DNA from: a virus
DNA length: 64,000 nt
Virus record (IMG/VR): IMGVR_UViG_3300037961_002813
Coordinates: 32,001 to 96,000 of that record
Strand: one strand, 5' to 3'
In this document: one piece after another, positions 1-9,780 of the stretch
Layout: each line of letters opens with the position of its first letter
Numbering within the stretch: the stretch's first letter is position 1
Translations under genes and position numbers: made by a program
Notes under the pieces: generated by a model
The model's input: only the letters and a program-made list of their open reading frames with translations
Databases searched by the model: none
What the model was told of the DNA's origin: nothing

Positions 1-1932
1 TGTGGCGTTAGATGCTTTCACTTCAAAGCCTGTCACTTTCATTTGACCTGCATCTTCTTTAGGCCATACTTTAATTCCAAAGTTTCTATTCTTCGTAGCC
101 GCAGTAACCCAATAGTCAAAGTATGCTTCTAATTCCACATCAAGATACTTTAGATTCATTTCGTTCTGCGCTACATCTGTAAGATACCCTGCAATCTCTT
201 CTGCTTTATCGAATGGTACTTTGATGTATGCTGAATCAGTATGCCCCGCTAATGGTATGAATCCTTTTTCTGCACTCTTTTCAGTCAGCATAGTAATTGA
301 TTCTCTACCTAAGTATGTGATACATTGGGCGATTGGGTAACTACTCCATTGACCCGCTACTACTTTACTTCCTGTCATACCATATATCGCATTGACCGCA
401 ACCTTCACAGCCATTTGTAGCATGTTGTATCCTAGTTTAGTATCAGCATCATCAGCCTCACGCATGAGAGTTTTGTACTTCTTTCGCAGGTCTAACATAT
501 CTTTGACTACAGAAGGTAACAATCCCATCTCATCTTGTTTCCAATGGAAAGTACCCCCTGTACCCGGTATAGCATTACCTGTTTTATCGTCATACTTTGG
601 TGGTACTTTAATAGTTAAAATATTTTCACCCGGCGAATCAGTCAATGTTGTATAACAAAGATTGGCGGAGAGTATGATATTAGGATATAGAGATGCAAAG
701 TCTACCAATGCTACTCCTTCGTGTCTGCCCGCTACAGGAGGCATGACCCATGCGGCCTGTAGTTCGGGTCTTTGTTCCTTGTAGGAGGATGGTGCTTTCA
801 AGTCTGTACGCCTACCCATCAATCCTCTAAAGTATCGTGTCACCTTGTGAGTACTATCAAATGATACTCCGGCTAATTGTTGCATGGCTATGTGATATGA
901 AATACAATTTAGTTTCTCATCACAGTCACGCAAGAGAGTGGTATCTACAAGACAATAATCTACAAAGTCATCATAGTATTCTTTCCAACCATTGTGTACT
1001 GTCATACCTTCTATCTCATTAGTTAGTTTCCCACCAAACCCTAGTTCAGTAGCAAACCAATCTAACTTTCGAGATTGAGCCTGTCCTCTACCGGACTTCT
1101 GCCATATACCCTCAAAACCACTACCGTCTGTCCACTGTGCCGCAGTATCGAATATGAGTCTACCCTTGATAGGTTGTGCTGTACTTCTGTATGCACCGGT
1201 CTTTTTGTTTGGTGCAATCAATCTATTGACAGGTGACAGTCTTTCTCTTAGCGCACCCAACTGATGATACAGATGTGGTAAGTCAGCCCAAGCAATAGCG
1301 TGTGCTACTAACATATCGGGATTACACTCATCAAGATAATCTAAGAAAGCCTCGTGCATCTTGTGTGCATTAGGATAAGTCCTAAGTTCATATCCATCAT
1401 ACCTATCTATCCATTCAGTCTTGGTAATGGTATCACGGATTGATTCTTCACTCCATGCGAATACAACAGGGTGTTCACTAAAGTTATCCGATACAGCCAT
1501 GACTGTAGTAGTTTGATTTTCAGTATCCCACTCAAGGTCAAAGTACCAAATGCGAGGTTTGAACTCCGGTATCTTATCGGGATAATTAGTAAGTAATATT
1601 TGGTCTTTGTAATTGACATCAGCCTCGTAAGTCCACTTAGGGCATTTGTCTTTTATCTCCCATAGTGTGTTTGGGTGTTGTACTGTTACCTTCACCAAAT
1701 CTTTACCATCAATACTTTTAGCCTTAATATTATGATGAATCTTAGCATGGTGACCTTTCAATCTATTCATCACCCAATTAGGTGCGTTTTCTGCTACCCA
1801 ACAATAAGGCACAACATAATCATCATCACCATCCATGATGTATCTTTCATGTAGTACACCGTCTGCACCTCTAGTTCTCTCGTAGATAACGGGAGGGTCA
1901 TAAGGGTCATCGGTGAACCAATCAATAATCAT
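1..1932 (-). CDS. polB: Family B DNA polymerase (C-terminus runs off the window start)
   Basis: Manual minus-strand translation from ATG at 1932 (MIIDWFTDDP). Shows ExoI WYFDLEW, ExoIII DYCLVD, region II VDFASLYPNII, region III KVAVNAIYGMTG and motif C variant AGHTDS. Absent from the ORF track because it is truncated. Confidence 0.95.
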   Translation of the reverse strand, partial: MIIDWFTDDPYDPPVIYERTRGADGVLHERYIMDGDDDYVVPYCWVAENAPNWVMNRLKGHHAKIHHNIKAKSIDGKDLVKVTVQHPNTLWEIKDKCPKWTYEADVNYKDQILLTNYPDKIPEFKPRIWYFDLEWDTENQTTTVMAVSDNFSEHPVVFAWSEESIRDTITKTEWIDRYDGYELRTYPNAHKMHEAFLDYLDECNPDMLVAHAIAWADLPHLYHQLGALRERLSPVNRLIAPNKKTGAYRSTAQPIKGRLIFDTAAQWTDGSGFEGIWQKSGRGQAQSRKLDWFATELGFGGKLTNEIEGMTVHNGWKEYYDDFVDYCLVDTTLLRDCDEKLNCISYHIAMQQLAGVSFDSTHKVTRYFRGLMGRRTDLKAPSSYKEQRPELQAAWVMPPVAGRHEGVALVDFASLYPNIILSANLCYTTLTDSPGENILTIKVPPKYDDKTGNAIPGTGGTFHWKQDEMGLLPSVVKDMLDLRKKYKTLMREADDADTKLGYNMLQMAVKVAVNAIYGMTGSKVVAGQWSSYPIAQCITYLGRESITMLTEKSAEKGFIPLAGHTDSAYIKVPFDKAEEIAGYLTDVAQNEMNLKYLDVELEAYFDYWVTAATKNRNFGIKVWPKEDAGQMKVTGFEVKASNAT

Positions 1933-2681
1933 CAATCATCACTCTCATCTACAATCATAAGTAAAGTATTATCTTGCTCAAAGATTACACAGGTGCTTTT
2001 ACCCATGTGCATTCGAGCATCTTCGTCGTCAAGGAATTGTAGACACATAGGTAACTTCTCACTAAAGTAAGACTCTACCGTAGCCGCAGGGCCATCACTA
2101 TCCCATACAGGAAGCGTAGTGAATAAGCGACCACTCACAGCCTTACCTGCTACTATACCCATCTCATTCTCGCCACAGTGTATGCGTAGTTTGAATTGAG
2201 TATCCTTTGATACTAAACCCCGCATACCTGCAAGAGAAATCAAATCTTTAGTAGCAAGTGAAGCGTGTGTACTAAGAGAGGCATGACCAAAACTTGACCA
2301 TCCACCTTCCTGTGATTCCTTGATTAGTTTTCTAATCACCACAGTCTTTGATGCTGACTCTATTTCGTCTGTACTTGGTAGTTGTAGTTTGTTCCCACCA
2401 CCCTCAAGATACAATGGTTTAGTCTCTTGAGTTTGCCTCAATGTGATTTCATCTTGGTTACTTGACTTTAAGAATAAAAGTACTTTCTCTAAATCAGCGA
2501 TATGTAATACTCCTTCTTCATTGACATCGGTTACAAACTGCTTTCTCAAGTAATACCATGCGTATGCTACCTCTACAGTAAGACGACCACCGGCACAGTT
2601 GATTCTCAAGTCCGGTATTCCTTTACCAAATGATGTAAGGAAAGACATAAACTCTTTTCTTTTAACTGTTATTTTTGTCAT
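1932..2681 (-). CDS. Putative DNA sliding clamp (PCNA-like)
   Basis: 249 aa (PCNA size) with an alternating beta/alpha pattern; directly upstream of polB (TGATG overlap) and near the RFC gene. No strong diagnostic motif. Confidence 0.55.
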   Translation of the reverse strand: MTKITVKRKEFMSFLTSFGKGIPDLRINCAGGRLTVEVAYAWYYLRKQFVTDVNEEGVLHIADLEKVLLFLKSSNQDEITLRQTQETKPLYLEGGGNKLQLPSTDEIESASKTVVIRKLIKESQEGGWSSFGHASLSTHASLATKDLISLAGMRGLVSKDTQFKLRIHCGENEMGIVAGKAVSGRLFTTLPVWDSDGPAATVESYFSEKLPMCLQFLDDEDARMHMGKSTCVIFEQDNTLLMIVDESDD

Positions 2682-2952
2682 CCAACTCCCTCCAATAATA
2701 TGTGATAGGTGTAGTTTTATTTCTCATTTCGGGTAATGCTAAAGGATGTCTTTCTCTACGAGTTTCACTTGAGTAATTCTTACTTAGGTATTCGTGTAGT
2801 TCACCTTTCGTTGGTATGTATCTATTAGCACTGTGAGTTCTACTTTCATACAACTCATCGAGTATTTGGAAGGCATTACGAACTTCACCATCACTCATGA
2901 TAATGTCTATGTATTTCTTAGCAGTATCACTCATTGATTTTACATGTGCCAT
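2662..2952 (-). CDS. Small hypothetical protein (possible winged-helix DNA-binding)
   Basis: 96 aa ORF with a GGTGA SD upstream, inside the replication module. Confidence 0.5.
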   Translation of the reverse strand: MAHVKSMSDTAKKYIDIIMSDGEVRNAFQILDELYESRTHSANRYIPTKGELHEYLSKNYSSETRRERHPLALPEMRNKTTPITYYWRELDDKNNS

Positions 2953-3068
2953 AGTATCACCTACTTAGTGGGAAAGTGCGGGAAGGAAAACAAACGAAGG
3001 AACTCCCCTGTGATTTGAATGAAACACCTTTGCACTTATTACTCACTAAAACCCACCTCATAAGAGTA

Positions 3069-4025
3069 TCATAGAGTACCGTCGTAGAGGTCGGGTAGAC
3101 CGTACCACTTCGGTTCTTCTCCTGTAGTAGTTACCATAACTGTCTTAGTTTGATTAACAAGAGATGGATTAGTTTTACACTTAGTATATGTAGCAGTATA
3201 GGTAGTAGAAACTAGTTCATCCTCATCGTTATACTCATTAGTAGCATCCATACGAATTAATGTAGGCAAGTAGTTGTTAGTCTTTTTCTCCCACTCCGGT
3301 TGCCATACAACAGGCGCATCGTCTTTGTAAGAGAAGTTGGTTGAACGCATGTGGGTTTCCCAATAGACACGAACACCGAGTCTAACTAAATCACGACTTA
3401 ATTTTGTTAGTTGGTGAAATCGAGTGTTACGGATAGCCCAATCGGACTGTCGCTCTACACGCTTTGCTTCACCTGCACCACGATTGTCAGCCGCATCAAT
3501 ACCATCTTTAGCCAAACCTAAGTCAATGATACGCATGTTGTTAGTACATATCTCAAGCCACGAATCAAGTCCACTTACAAGAACACCCCATACTGCAACG
3601 CCTTTTTCTTTTTCGCTAATGATGTACTTCATGATGTCCATGACACGCTGATGTGTACCGGGGTAATCGTATGCTGTTCTATCTTTACTACCCATCTTCC
3701 ACGGATTCCATGATACAACATTTGGGTTGTCGTAGATAGCGGAGTTTAGCATACCCACACCATTATCAAAATCTACTGCATGTAAAAGTGAACCTTCTAC
3801 TTTAGTCTCATCTTTATTGAATGCGTCTAATACAATTGCTGATTTACCTGTACCATCGAAACCAAAGATACCTGCAAAACTATGAGTCTTAATTATATGA
3901 CTCATGGACTCTTGCTCGGCTCTCAATGCCGCATACGGGTCTTTGTTGGGCTTCTGTACCCCAACCTCATCTACGACCTTTTCAATCTCTTGCTGTAACT
4001 TTACTGTCTGTCCAAACCCTGCCAT
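3069..4025 (-). CDS. RecA/RadA/Sak4-like P-loop ATPase (recombinase)
   Basis: Walker A GFDGTGKS, then AVDFDNG and a divergent Walker B (LVSGLDS); replication-module context. Confidence 0.75.
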   Translation of the reverse strand: MAGFGQTVKLQQEIEKVVDEVGVQKPNKDPYAALRAEQESMSHIIKTHSFAGIFGFDGTGKSAIVLDAFNKDETKVEGSLLHAVDFDNGVGMLNSAIYDNPNVVSWNPWKMGSKDRTAYDYPGTHQRVMDIMKYIISEKEKGVAVWGVLVSGLDSWLEICTNNMRIIDLGLAKDGIDAADNRGAGEAKRVERQSDWAIRNTRFHQLTKLSRDLVRLGVRVYWETHMRSTNFSYKDDAPVVWQPEWEKKTNNYLPTLIRMDATNEYNDEDELVSTTYTATYTKCKTNPSLVNQTKTVMVTTTGEEPKWYGLPDLYDGTL

Positions 4026-4034
4026 CTAATCACC

Positions 4035-5342
4035 TCACTCAAACTGACCTACGCCTGTATTCCCACCGCTTGCTCTCCTTCGGCATCTGCGTGGGTGTCC
4101 ATAGATACCCATGACTGTAATCTTAGGACTCATCAAACCATCACGGTCTTTCATACCTAGACGACCAAAGACAAACACTGTAGAGTTTTCAGCATAGTCA
4201 AATGCTTGCTCTCCCCAATGTGCTTGGAATGGATTAGTCATGATACCGACAGCACCGGGTATCCAACAGTCTACATCACCGTTCATGCTACTTAGTGACA
4301 TGAAGTAATTGAAGCCCTCCGGGTCATACTCGCTGTCTCTTGGCTCGGTATTCATGCTGTTGATTGTACCCTTAGTAATAATAAGTGGCCCGTATGTGAC
4401 ACTTCTACCACCGATGTTAGTTTTCTCTTTCTTACTCTCAAAGACATCTTCGATGTCATCAATTCTAACATACATGTCGTGGAACTCTTCGTTAGTCCAA
4501 TAACTTACAGGTTGAAGTAATGGTCTTACTTCTTCCGGTACGAAGTCATCCGAATAATTAATTTCAAAGTTAGAGTATGTACCCAAGACAGTCTTGAAGA
4601 AATCATTAGCATCTTCTCTTGGTGGTATAACGGGTATCTTACATGGTCGGCCTATGTCTAAGTTCATAGTATTGTTATCGTCAGTTAAGTCTACCTTCCA
4701 CACTGCTATGTTACTATTCTTAACGAAGTCACCTTCTTCGCCACCCAAGAAGTAAGCGTATCTACCCATCCTTGTTGGTGGTGATGGCATACCTTTGCGG
4801 GTGAGTAAACAGATGTACTCGTCACCGACCTTGATACCATGTAGCGGTTCACTGTCTGCTGATTCATCAAGTGGTTGTAGTCCGTCTTTGTTACGCACTG
4901 ACCACAAACCACCGTCTTTCTCATAGACACCTACTCTACCTGTACCAATTGCTTCGGCACGATTCTCTTTGAACAGTTTTACATTAGCATTTACAATATT
5001 TGTAAGTCTATCTTTTGTTCTATCAGCCACGCCTATGAAACAACCTACCCATGTAGATGTTCCCGATGTGCTTGCTGTTTGCTTTCTTGTTTGTACGAAG
5101 GCTTGTTCCGCCCAATCAATTAGAATATCCACATCTTCTTGTGTGTAGTCCTCAACACCGTATTCTTTCTTTATGTAATCCAAATACATCTGTTTGACTT
5201 CTTCGATGTTCTTTCCTGTTCTTTCAGCGTATGCTACCATTCTTTGAGCAACAGGCACAGGGAAACCATCGCTTGATTTCTTCTCCCCAAAACCTGTATT
5301 ACTTTCTTCGTCTATGTATTCATCTTCTTCTTTCCAACTCAT
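4035..5342 (-). CDS. Putative OB-fold ssDNA-binding protein (RPA-like)
   Basis: 435 aa acidic protein with a beta-rich C-terminal segment (VDCWIPG...TVFVFGRLG...KITVMGIY); lies between the recombinase and RFC. Confidence 0.45.
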   Translation of the reverse strand: MSWKEEDEYIDEESNTGFGEKKSSDGFPVPVAQRMVAYAERTGKNIEEVKQMYLDYIKKEYGVEDYTQEDVDILIDWAEQAFVQTRKQTASTSGTSTWVGCFIGVADRTKDRLTNIVNANVKLFKENRAEAIGTGRVGVYEKDGGLWSVRNKDGLQPLDESADSEPLHGIKVGDEYICLLTRKGMPSPPTRMGRYAYFLGGEEGDFVKNSNIAVWKVDLTDDNNTMNLDIGRPCKIPVIPPREDANDFFKTVLGTYSNFEINYSDDFVPEEVRPLLQPVSYWTNEEFHDMYVRIDDIEDVFESKKEKTNIGGRSVTYGPLIITKGTINSMNTEPRDSEYDPEGFNYFMSLSSMNGDVDCWIPGAVGIMTNPFQAHWGEQAFDYAENSTVFVFGRLGMKDRDGLMSPKITVMGIYGHPRRCRRRASGGNTGVGQFE

Positions 5343-6277
5343 TTCATTTCACCTATTTGTTTCTTTAGTCTTGCCACCAACACATCCACGAAAGCGTTAT
5401 CACTTCCCGGCCATTCATGTACTTTCTCCATCATGTCGCCCCAAACGGACATGATAGCGAATACAGTATCCGGGTCTTTGTCAAAGTACCCTCTAATGTA
5501 TTGGTGAAATTTATTCATAAAATATACACGGCTACCTGCGGTTTCCATGTTTTCATTAAGTTTCTCTCTAAGAGAATTATAATCATCATGTAACTTGAAG
5601 TCATCCCACCACGCCTCGGTGGTTTTGATAAAAGATAACTCTTGATTTTTTGGTCTACTTTCAAGGAAGTTCACAGCCGCCCTCAAGTCACCATTGAAAT
5701 GTTCTACTACATCTTCATAGGCTTGTTCCCATTCAACGGGTGCGCCACATGATTCTGTCGCTCTTAGCAAATGTCTAGCACCTTCTTTTGGAGTGACAGG
5801 AGTGAACTGATATATCTTACATCTGCTTTGTATGGCAGGTTTGATTTTTTCGGGATAGTTTGCTGTCAAGATAAACAAGACCCTGTGAGCATATTTCTCC
5901 ATGATACCCCTTAGTGCATCTTGGGATTGGGGAGTAAGCCCATCAGCCTCATCAAGTACTACTACCTTTCGTGCCGCATTGATACCACTAAGCCGACAGA
6001 ATTGTTTAATCTCCTGTCGGACATGCCCAATACCCCTATCGTCGCTTGCGTTAGTCCATAGAACATTCATATCATTATTCCATTGTCCTAACATTGTGTG
6101 TGTTATCGCATTTGCCGCACTAGACTTACCTGTACCCGGAGGACCGAGTATAAGTATGGCTGATGGGTACTCACCCGTTTTTTCCCATTCAAGGAAATCT
6201 TCGACAAAGACATTGTTACCTACTATCTCTACCGGTTTAGTAGGTCGTAGTAATTCGTTCCAATTCATCTTCATCAA
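5339..6277 (-). CDS. rfcS: Replication factor C small subunit (clamp loader)
   Basis: ELLRP box, Walker A GPPGTGKS, NASDDRGI, Walker B LDEAD, SRC motif, GDLRAAVNFLE. Confidence 0.95.
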   Translation of the reverse strand: MMKMNWNELLRPTKPVEIVGNNVFVEDFLEWEKTGEYPSAILILGPPGTGKSSAANAITHTMLGQWNNDMNVLWTNASDDRGIGHVRQEIKQFCRLSGINAARKVVVLDEADGLTPQSQDALRGIMEKYAHRVLFILTANYPEKIKPAIQSRCKIYQFTPVTPKEGARHLLRATESCGAPVEWEQAYEDVVEHFNGDLRAAVNFLESRPKNQELSFIKTTEAWWDDFKLHDDYNSLREKLNENMETAGSRVYFMNKFHQYIRGYFDKDPDTVFAIMSVWGDMMEKVHEWPGSDNAFVDVLVARLKKQIGEMK

Positions 6278-6281
6278 CCTT

Positions 6282-6310
6282 CATTTCTTAGTTGGTTTAT
6301 ATATCATTTT
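6282..6310 (-). promoter_or_regulatory. Conserved early promoter, copy 1 (AAATGATATATAAACCAA..AGAAAT)
   Basis: TATA-like motif repeated nine times, each time just upstream of a minus-strand start codon. Confidence 0.8.
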
Positions 6311-6686
6311 CAATATCATCCCATTTTTCGACCCAATCATAGAATACATTTGTGGGTGTGGATGGGTTTGCTCTAGGTATGGGATTATCAATTACCCATA
6401 ACATACGGTTGTAACCCTTCTTATCGTGTAACAATTCAGCGTATGGTTCTATCACACTCAACCACTTGAGTATGTCTGCATTACTTTTGGTACGATATTT
6501 AAGTGTTAAATTATTTTCATCGCACCACAGTTTTACAACTGCCTTCATGTTGTTATCTTGAATATCTATCTGTATGTACTTATCAACTCTAAAACCAAAC
6601 CCAAAGTGTACCTTTGATACTGATACTGAAAAGCGTAACTTAGAAAGTAAAATACCTAATCCTATGTTCTTTAGTGTATCACTCAT
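6297..6686 (-). CDS. Hypothetical protein resembling a degenerate single-motif LAGLIDADG endonuclease
   Basis: GILLSKLRFSVSVSK...GFRVDKYIQI...ILKWLSVIEPY follows the LAGLIDADG pattern but lacks the acidic catalytic residue. Confidence 0.35.
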   Translation of the reverse strand: MSDTLKNIGLGILLSKLRFSVSVSKVHFGFGFRVDKYIQIDIQDNNMKAVVKLWCDENNLTLKYRTKSNADILKWLSVIEPYAELLHDKKGYNRMLWVIDNPIPRANPSTPTNVFYDWVEKWDDIENDI

Positions 6687-7893
6687 TGTCTACACCTACC
6701 ATAGATATGTAAGTAGTGTACTCATCAATCTCATTGATGGATGCGTCATCTAGCGTAGTAATGTAACGCCACCCCCACCCATCTTCTGCTCGCCATGAGT
6801 ATGCAACTTCGATAACCACAAACGGTATGTCATGGCTAGTGTGTGAATTTTGTACAGGAATACTATTTCTTTTCAACGCACTCTCTAACTCAAACGGTAG
6901 GTTTTCTACCGTCATCTTATCTACATCAATAATATCTACCCCATCTTTAACACCTAAAATAAATTCGTACCCTGCGTTTTTAATCTGTCTAACGGACAAG
7001 GCTTGAACAATCAAAGCGTTAGTACCTTTAGTGTACAAGTGATAATGATTATCATTAAGGATTAAGAAACCACCCTTTGGGTAATTGTAAAGAATCTTGT
7101 TAGCCTCATGCCATGAAATATCCATAGGCTCTTTGTATTTTGAAAACGGTATCTCTTGTTCTGTAGAGTGTAGTCTTGTTGTACCTAACACATCCACCCA
7201 ACACCAACAAGTATCAACTCCCTGCACTTGTGGTGTGTACTCTCGATTTATCTCACCGTTTCTATTTCTAGCAACACCGTTCTCTAAGAACATCAGCGTA
7301 CCGCAATCATTGACAAACCAATACTTGTCGGGTATGTCTATACCGTTCCATGCTTGTAACCGTTTGAAATCTGTAGCAGGTCGCTCTACTTCTTGCTTTT
7401 CTCTCAATCCGAATATAACATCTAACATCTCAAATGTACTAATTAGGTCATCATTAATTTTAGAATTAATTTTAGCCCACTTTCTCATTCGGTATCTAAG
7501 TGAACGCCAACGCTCATTCAAAGTCCACCGCCAAACAAACTCGGCTTCTGTAATATCCATCGAGTGACAGAATGGTATTATCCACTCTTCATCACTTGTC
7601 ACCGATTGAATTATACTCTTAATTTCTTTTAGTTTTAATTTACTTGTTTTGCTGTCCGACGATTCCATTATCAGCACTTCTGCTAGAGAAGCACCATTGG
7701 CTACTGCATCTAACTGTTCTACGAATACACCGCACTCTTTTGCTAAATTTATTTTCAGTCTTGTTTTTGTTATCGGTAGTTTTCTTTCTTCATCCAAGAA
7801 CTCCCATAGTTCGTATGCCTCTTCCTTAGTGATGTCTTTAACATCTAACTTAGGCATCTTTGAAACTAATACTATCGCTCTACCAAGTAACAC
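6679..7893 (-). CDS. Degenerate ATP-dependent DNA ligase-like protein
   Basis: Ligase-like order of segments (RNRNGEI, GGFLIL, FILGVKD, VVIEVAY), but motif I KxDG reads VNDCG. Confidence 0.5.
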   Translation of the reverse strand: MLLGRAIVLVSKMPKLDVKDITKEEAYELWEFLDEERKLPITKTRLKINLAKECGVFVEQLDAVANGASLAEVLIMESSDSKTSKLKLKEIKSIIQSVTSDEEWIIPFCHSMDITEAEFVWRWTLNERWRSLRYRMRKWAKINSKINDDLISTFEMLDVIFGLREKQEVERPATDFKRLQAWNGIDIPDKYWFVNDCGTLMFLENGVARNRNGEINREYTPQVQGVDTCWCWVDVLGTTRLHSTEQEIPFSKYKEPMDISWHEANKILYNYPKGGFLILNDNHYHLYTKGTNALIVQALSVRQIKNAGYEFILGVKDGVDIIDVDKMTVENLPFELESALKRNSIPVQNSHTSHDIPFVVIEVAYSWRAEDGWGWRYITTLDDASINEIDEYTTYISMVGVDNE

Positions 7894-8234
7894 TAATCCA
7901 CCCCGACTCCAACATAAAGAACATCGGGTGTACCTATCAAGGCTTCACTCTCAATCCACCCTTTACCAAGTTCGTCATTACCGTACTTAGCACCACCGTT
8001 ATCTACAGATATTAAATTAAATTTGAAAGTATTAGGTTTTTGCCTTTCGGACAAAATCAACTTACATCCTGTACGATGGGCTTTGCGATAAAGCACCGCA
8101 CCTAACTTCTCAAGTAATTTAGCAACTACTCTATCGAAGCCGTAGTATAGCGGCTCTCCCTTTAACGCCCCATCATTGAATATCCATACTCTATTAGGAT
8201 GATACCAATTAAGGTGATATATCTTTGTCGTCAT
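7893..8234 (-). CDS. DUF6717-like protein
   Basis: WIFND...GEPLYYGFD...LILSE...GGAKY matches my recollection of this family. Confidence 0.5.
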   Translation of the reverse strand: MTTKIYHLNWYHPNRVWIFNDGALKGEPLYYGFDRVVAKLLEKLGAVLYRKAHRTGCKLILSERQKPNTFKFNLISVDNGGAKYGNDELGKGWIESEALIGTPDVLYVGVGVD

Positions 8235-8505
8235 GCCTCTCTTCTTCTTCTATCTTATCGTCTATGTCTTGTAGCAGTTCGTTAAGAATAGGAAGCATGG
8301 CTCTCACTTGTTCGGGTGTAAGTCTTATTCCTTCTTTCGTATGGGTGTACCCATCCTCTTCACGCCTAAGTATTCGCAGGTCTATCCAATAACGACCCGC
8401 CCACTTTACCCAAGCAAGTCGAACCTTCCCTTTACCGGAAGCCCACTTTTTTACTTTAGAATCATCTTCCCAATAATTTCTTTCAAAACTACTCATCTTC
8501 TTCAC
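8209..8505 (-). CDS. PC4/YdbC-family ssDNA-binding protein
   Basis: VRLAWVKWAGRYWIDLR...HTKEGIRLTPEQ is the PC4-family signature. Confidence 0.85.
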   Translation of the reverse strand: MKKMSSFERNYWEDDSKVKKWASGKGKVRLAWVKWAGRYWIDLRILRREEDGYTHTKEGIRLTPEQVRAMLPILNELLQDIDDKIEEEERHDDKDISP

Positions 8506-9241
8506 TCTTAGTTAAGTTTCTCTTGATAGCATATATGCCCCACATCCACGGCGGCACTTTCTTATCTTCGTAGACACTTCCAAGAACTTCTCCATTCAAC
8601 ACACCTGCGTCTTGCATCTCTTTCATCTGCCCTCTTGTAAGAGCCATGAATTGGTGACTATCATCAACACGCCAACGCATGTAATACTCATCACCTGCTA
8701 GCAAGTGGTAATCATCGGGATTCATTTTTATTTCTTCCCCGCATTGAGTACAACTAATATTACAACTCCAAATTTCTATTTCAGTGCTGTCGCCCCCGGT
8801 AAGTTCTGCGTCTATTGTTTCTACGAATACATCAGTTCTTTCATCTAACTCACAGTTAGCAAGAGGGTACTCGCAAGAAGGACATAACCATCCTCTCGCT
8901 TGCTCTTGCTTCATCTCAAACTCTTGTTGCATTCTTTCCATAGGGTCGAGTGGTGGAGTAATCTTTTGAACTCCATCCCCTTCTTGAACCTCATACCCAC
9001 AGGCTGACATCAGTTCTCTATATCTTTCATGGTGGACTTCACATTCGGGATGGTTGTACATAAACATAAGTGCAAAAGTTTTCTCACCCATCTTTCTATA
9101 TTGTACTCCGCTACCCTCCGGTGACCATACACCATCAACGGGTATAGCCGCCAAATGTTCATTTCCCCAAGTTATCATTTCAGTTGTTGGTTGCCAATTC
9201 ATTGTCCTCACCTTTGACCTCACACAGTCCGAACATGCCAC
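8489..9241 (-). CDS. Hypothetical Zn-finger protein (likely start at MNWQP, about 9202)
   Basis: CPSC and CTQC pairs; SD GAGGA precedes the internal ATG. Confidence 0.6.
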   Translation of the reverse strand: MACSDCVRSKVRTMNWQPTTEMITWGNEHLAAIPVDGVWSPEGSGVQYRKMGEKTFALMFMYNHPECEVHHERYRELMSACGYEVQEGDGVQKITPPLDPMERMQQEFEMKQEQARGWLCPSCEYPLANCELDERTDVFVETIDAELTGGDSTEIEIWSCNISCTQCGEEIKMNPDDYHLLAGDEYYMRWRVDDSHQFMALTRGQMKEMQDAGVLNGEVLGSVYEDKKVPPWMWGIYAIKRNLTKSEEDE

Positions 9242-9446
9242 AGCACACCCCTTTGTAAAGATACTGCCCGTTACTTAACAAATACATTTTATTTTTATTG
9301 TTATTTTTTCCACATGTCGGACAGTTGATTCCATAATCCCAAATGGATATTTCCATTACTACGGTATGGAACTCACCGTCTAACTTTATCTCATAGTTTC
9401 TCATATCGTCATCTACATCTGTGGTTACTATTTCCTCTTCCATCAT
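9180..9446 (-). CDS. Small Zn-ribbon protein
   Basis: CPTC...CCG in an 88 aa ORF. Confidence 0.55.
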   Translation of the reverse strand: MMEEEIVTTDVDDDMRNYEIKLDGEFHTVVMEISIWDYGINCPTCGKNNNKNKMYLLSNGQYLYKGVCCGMFGLCEVKGEDNELATNN

Positions 9447-9564
9447 AATCTACCTCTCGCTATCAAATATCTATCAGCGATTATTCCATCTATCTCTATC
9501 TTGCATTCGTGGCACATGTCATCATACTCACCCTCGATGTCTAAGCAACCCGGACACTCATCAG

Positions 9565-9780
9565 TCACGCCGTCACCTCCACCTTTTGACATCGTTCCCA
9601 TAGGTAGTCCATAGCCCAATCAATATCTTCTGCTGTGCAAATAATAGGTCTACCGAAAGTATCCATACCATTGTTATATGATTTGAACCAATCTCTTTCG
9701 TTTCCCTCAATACATGTGTATTGCATAATGCAAATGTTCAACGCTTGTATCTTTGCTTTTGATTTAGGAAATCGCTTCAC
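9565..9780 (-). CDS. Hypothetical protein
   Basis: GTG at 9780 overlaps the upstream stop; ORF ends in EVTA*. Confidence 0.6.
   Translation of the reverse strand: MKRFPKSKAKIQALNICIMQYTCIEGNERDWFKSYNNGMDTFGRPIICTAEDIDWAMDYLWERCQKVEVTA

Noticed and set aside
392-1619. Short ORFs listed inside the first 1.9 kb
   Set aside because: They are shadows of the truncated minus-strand polB frame.
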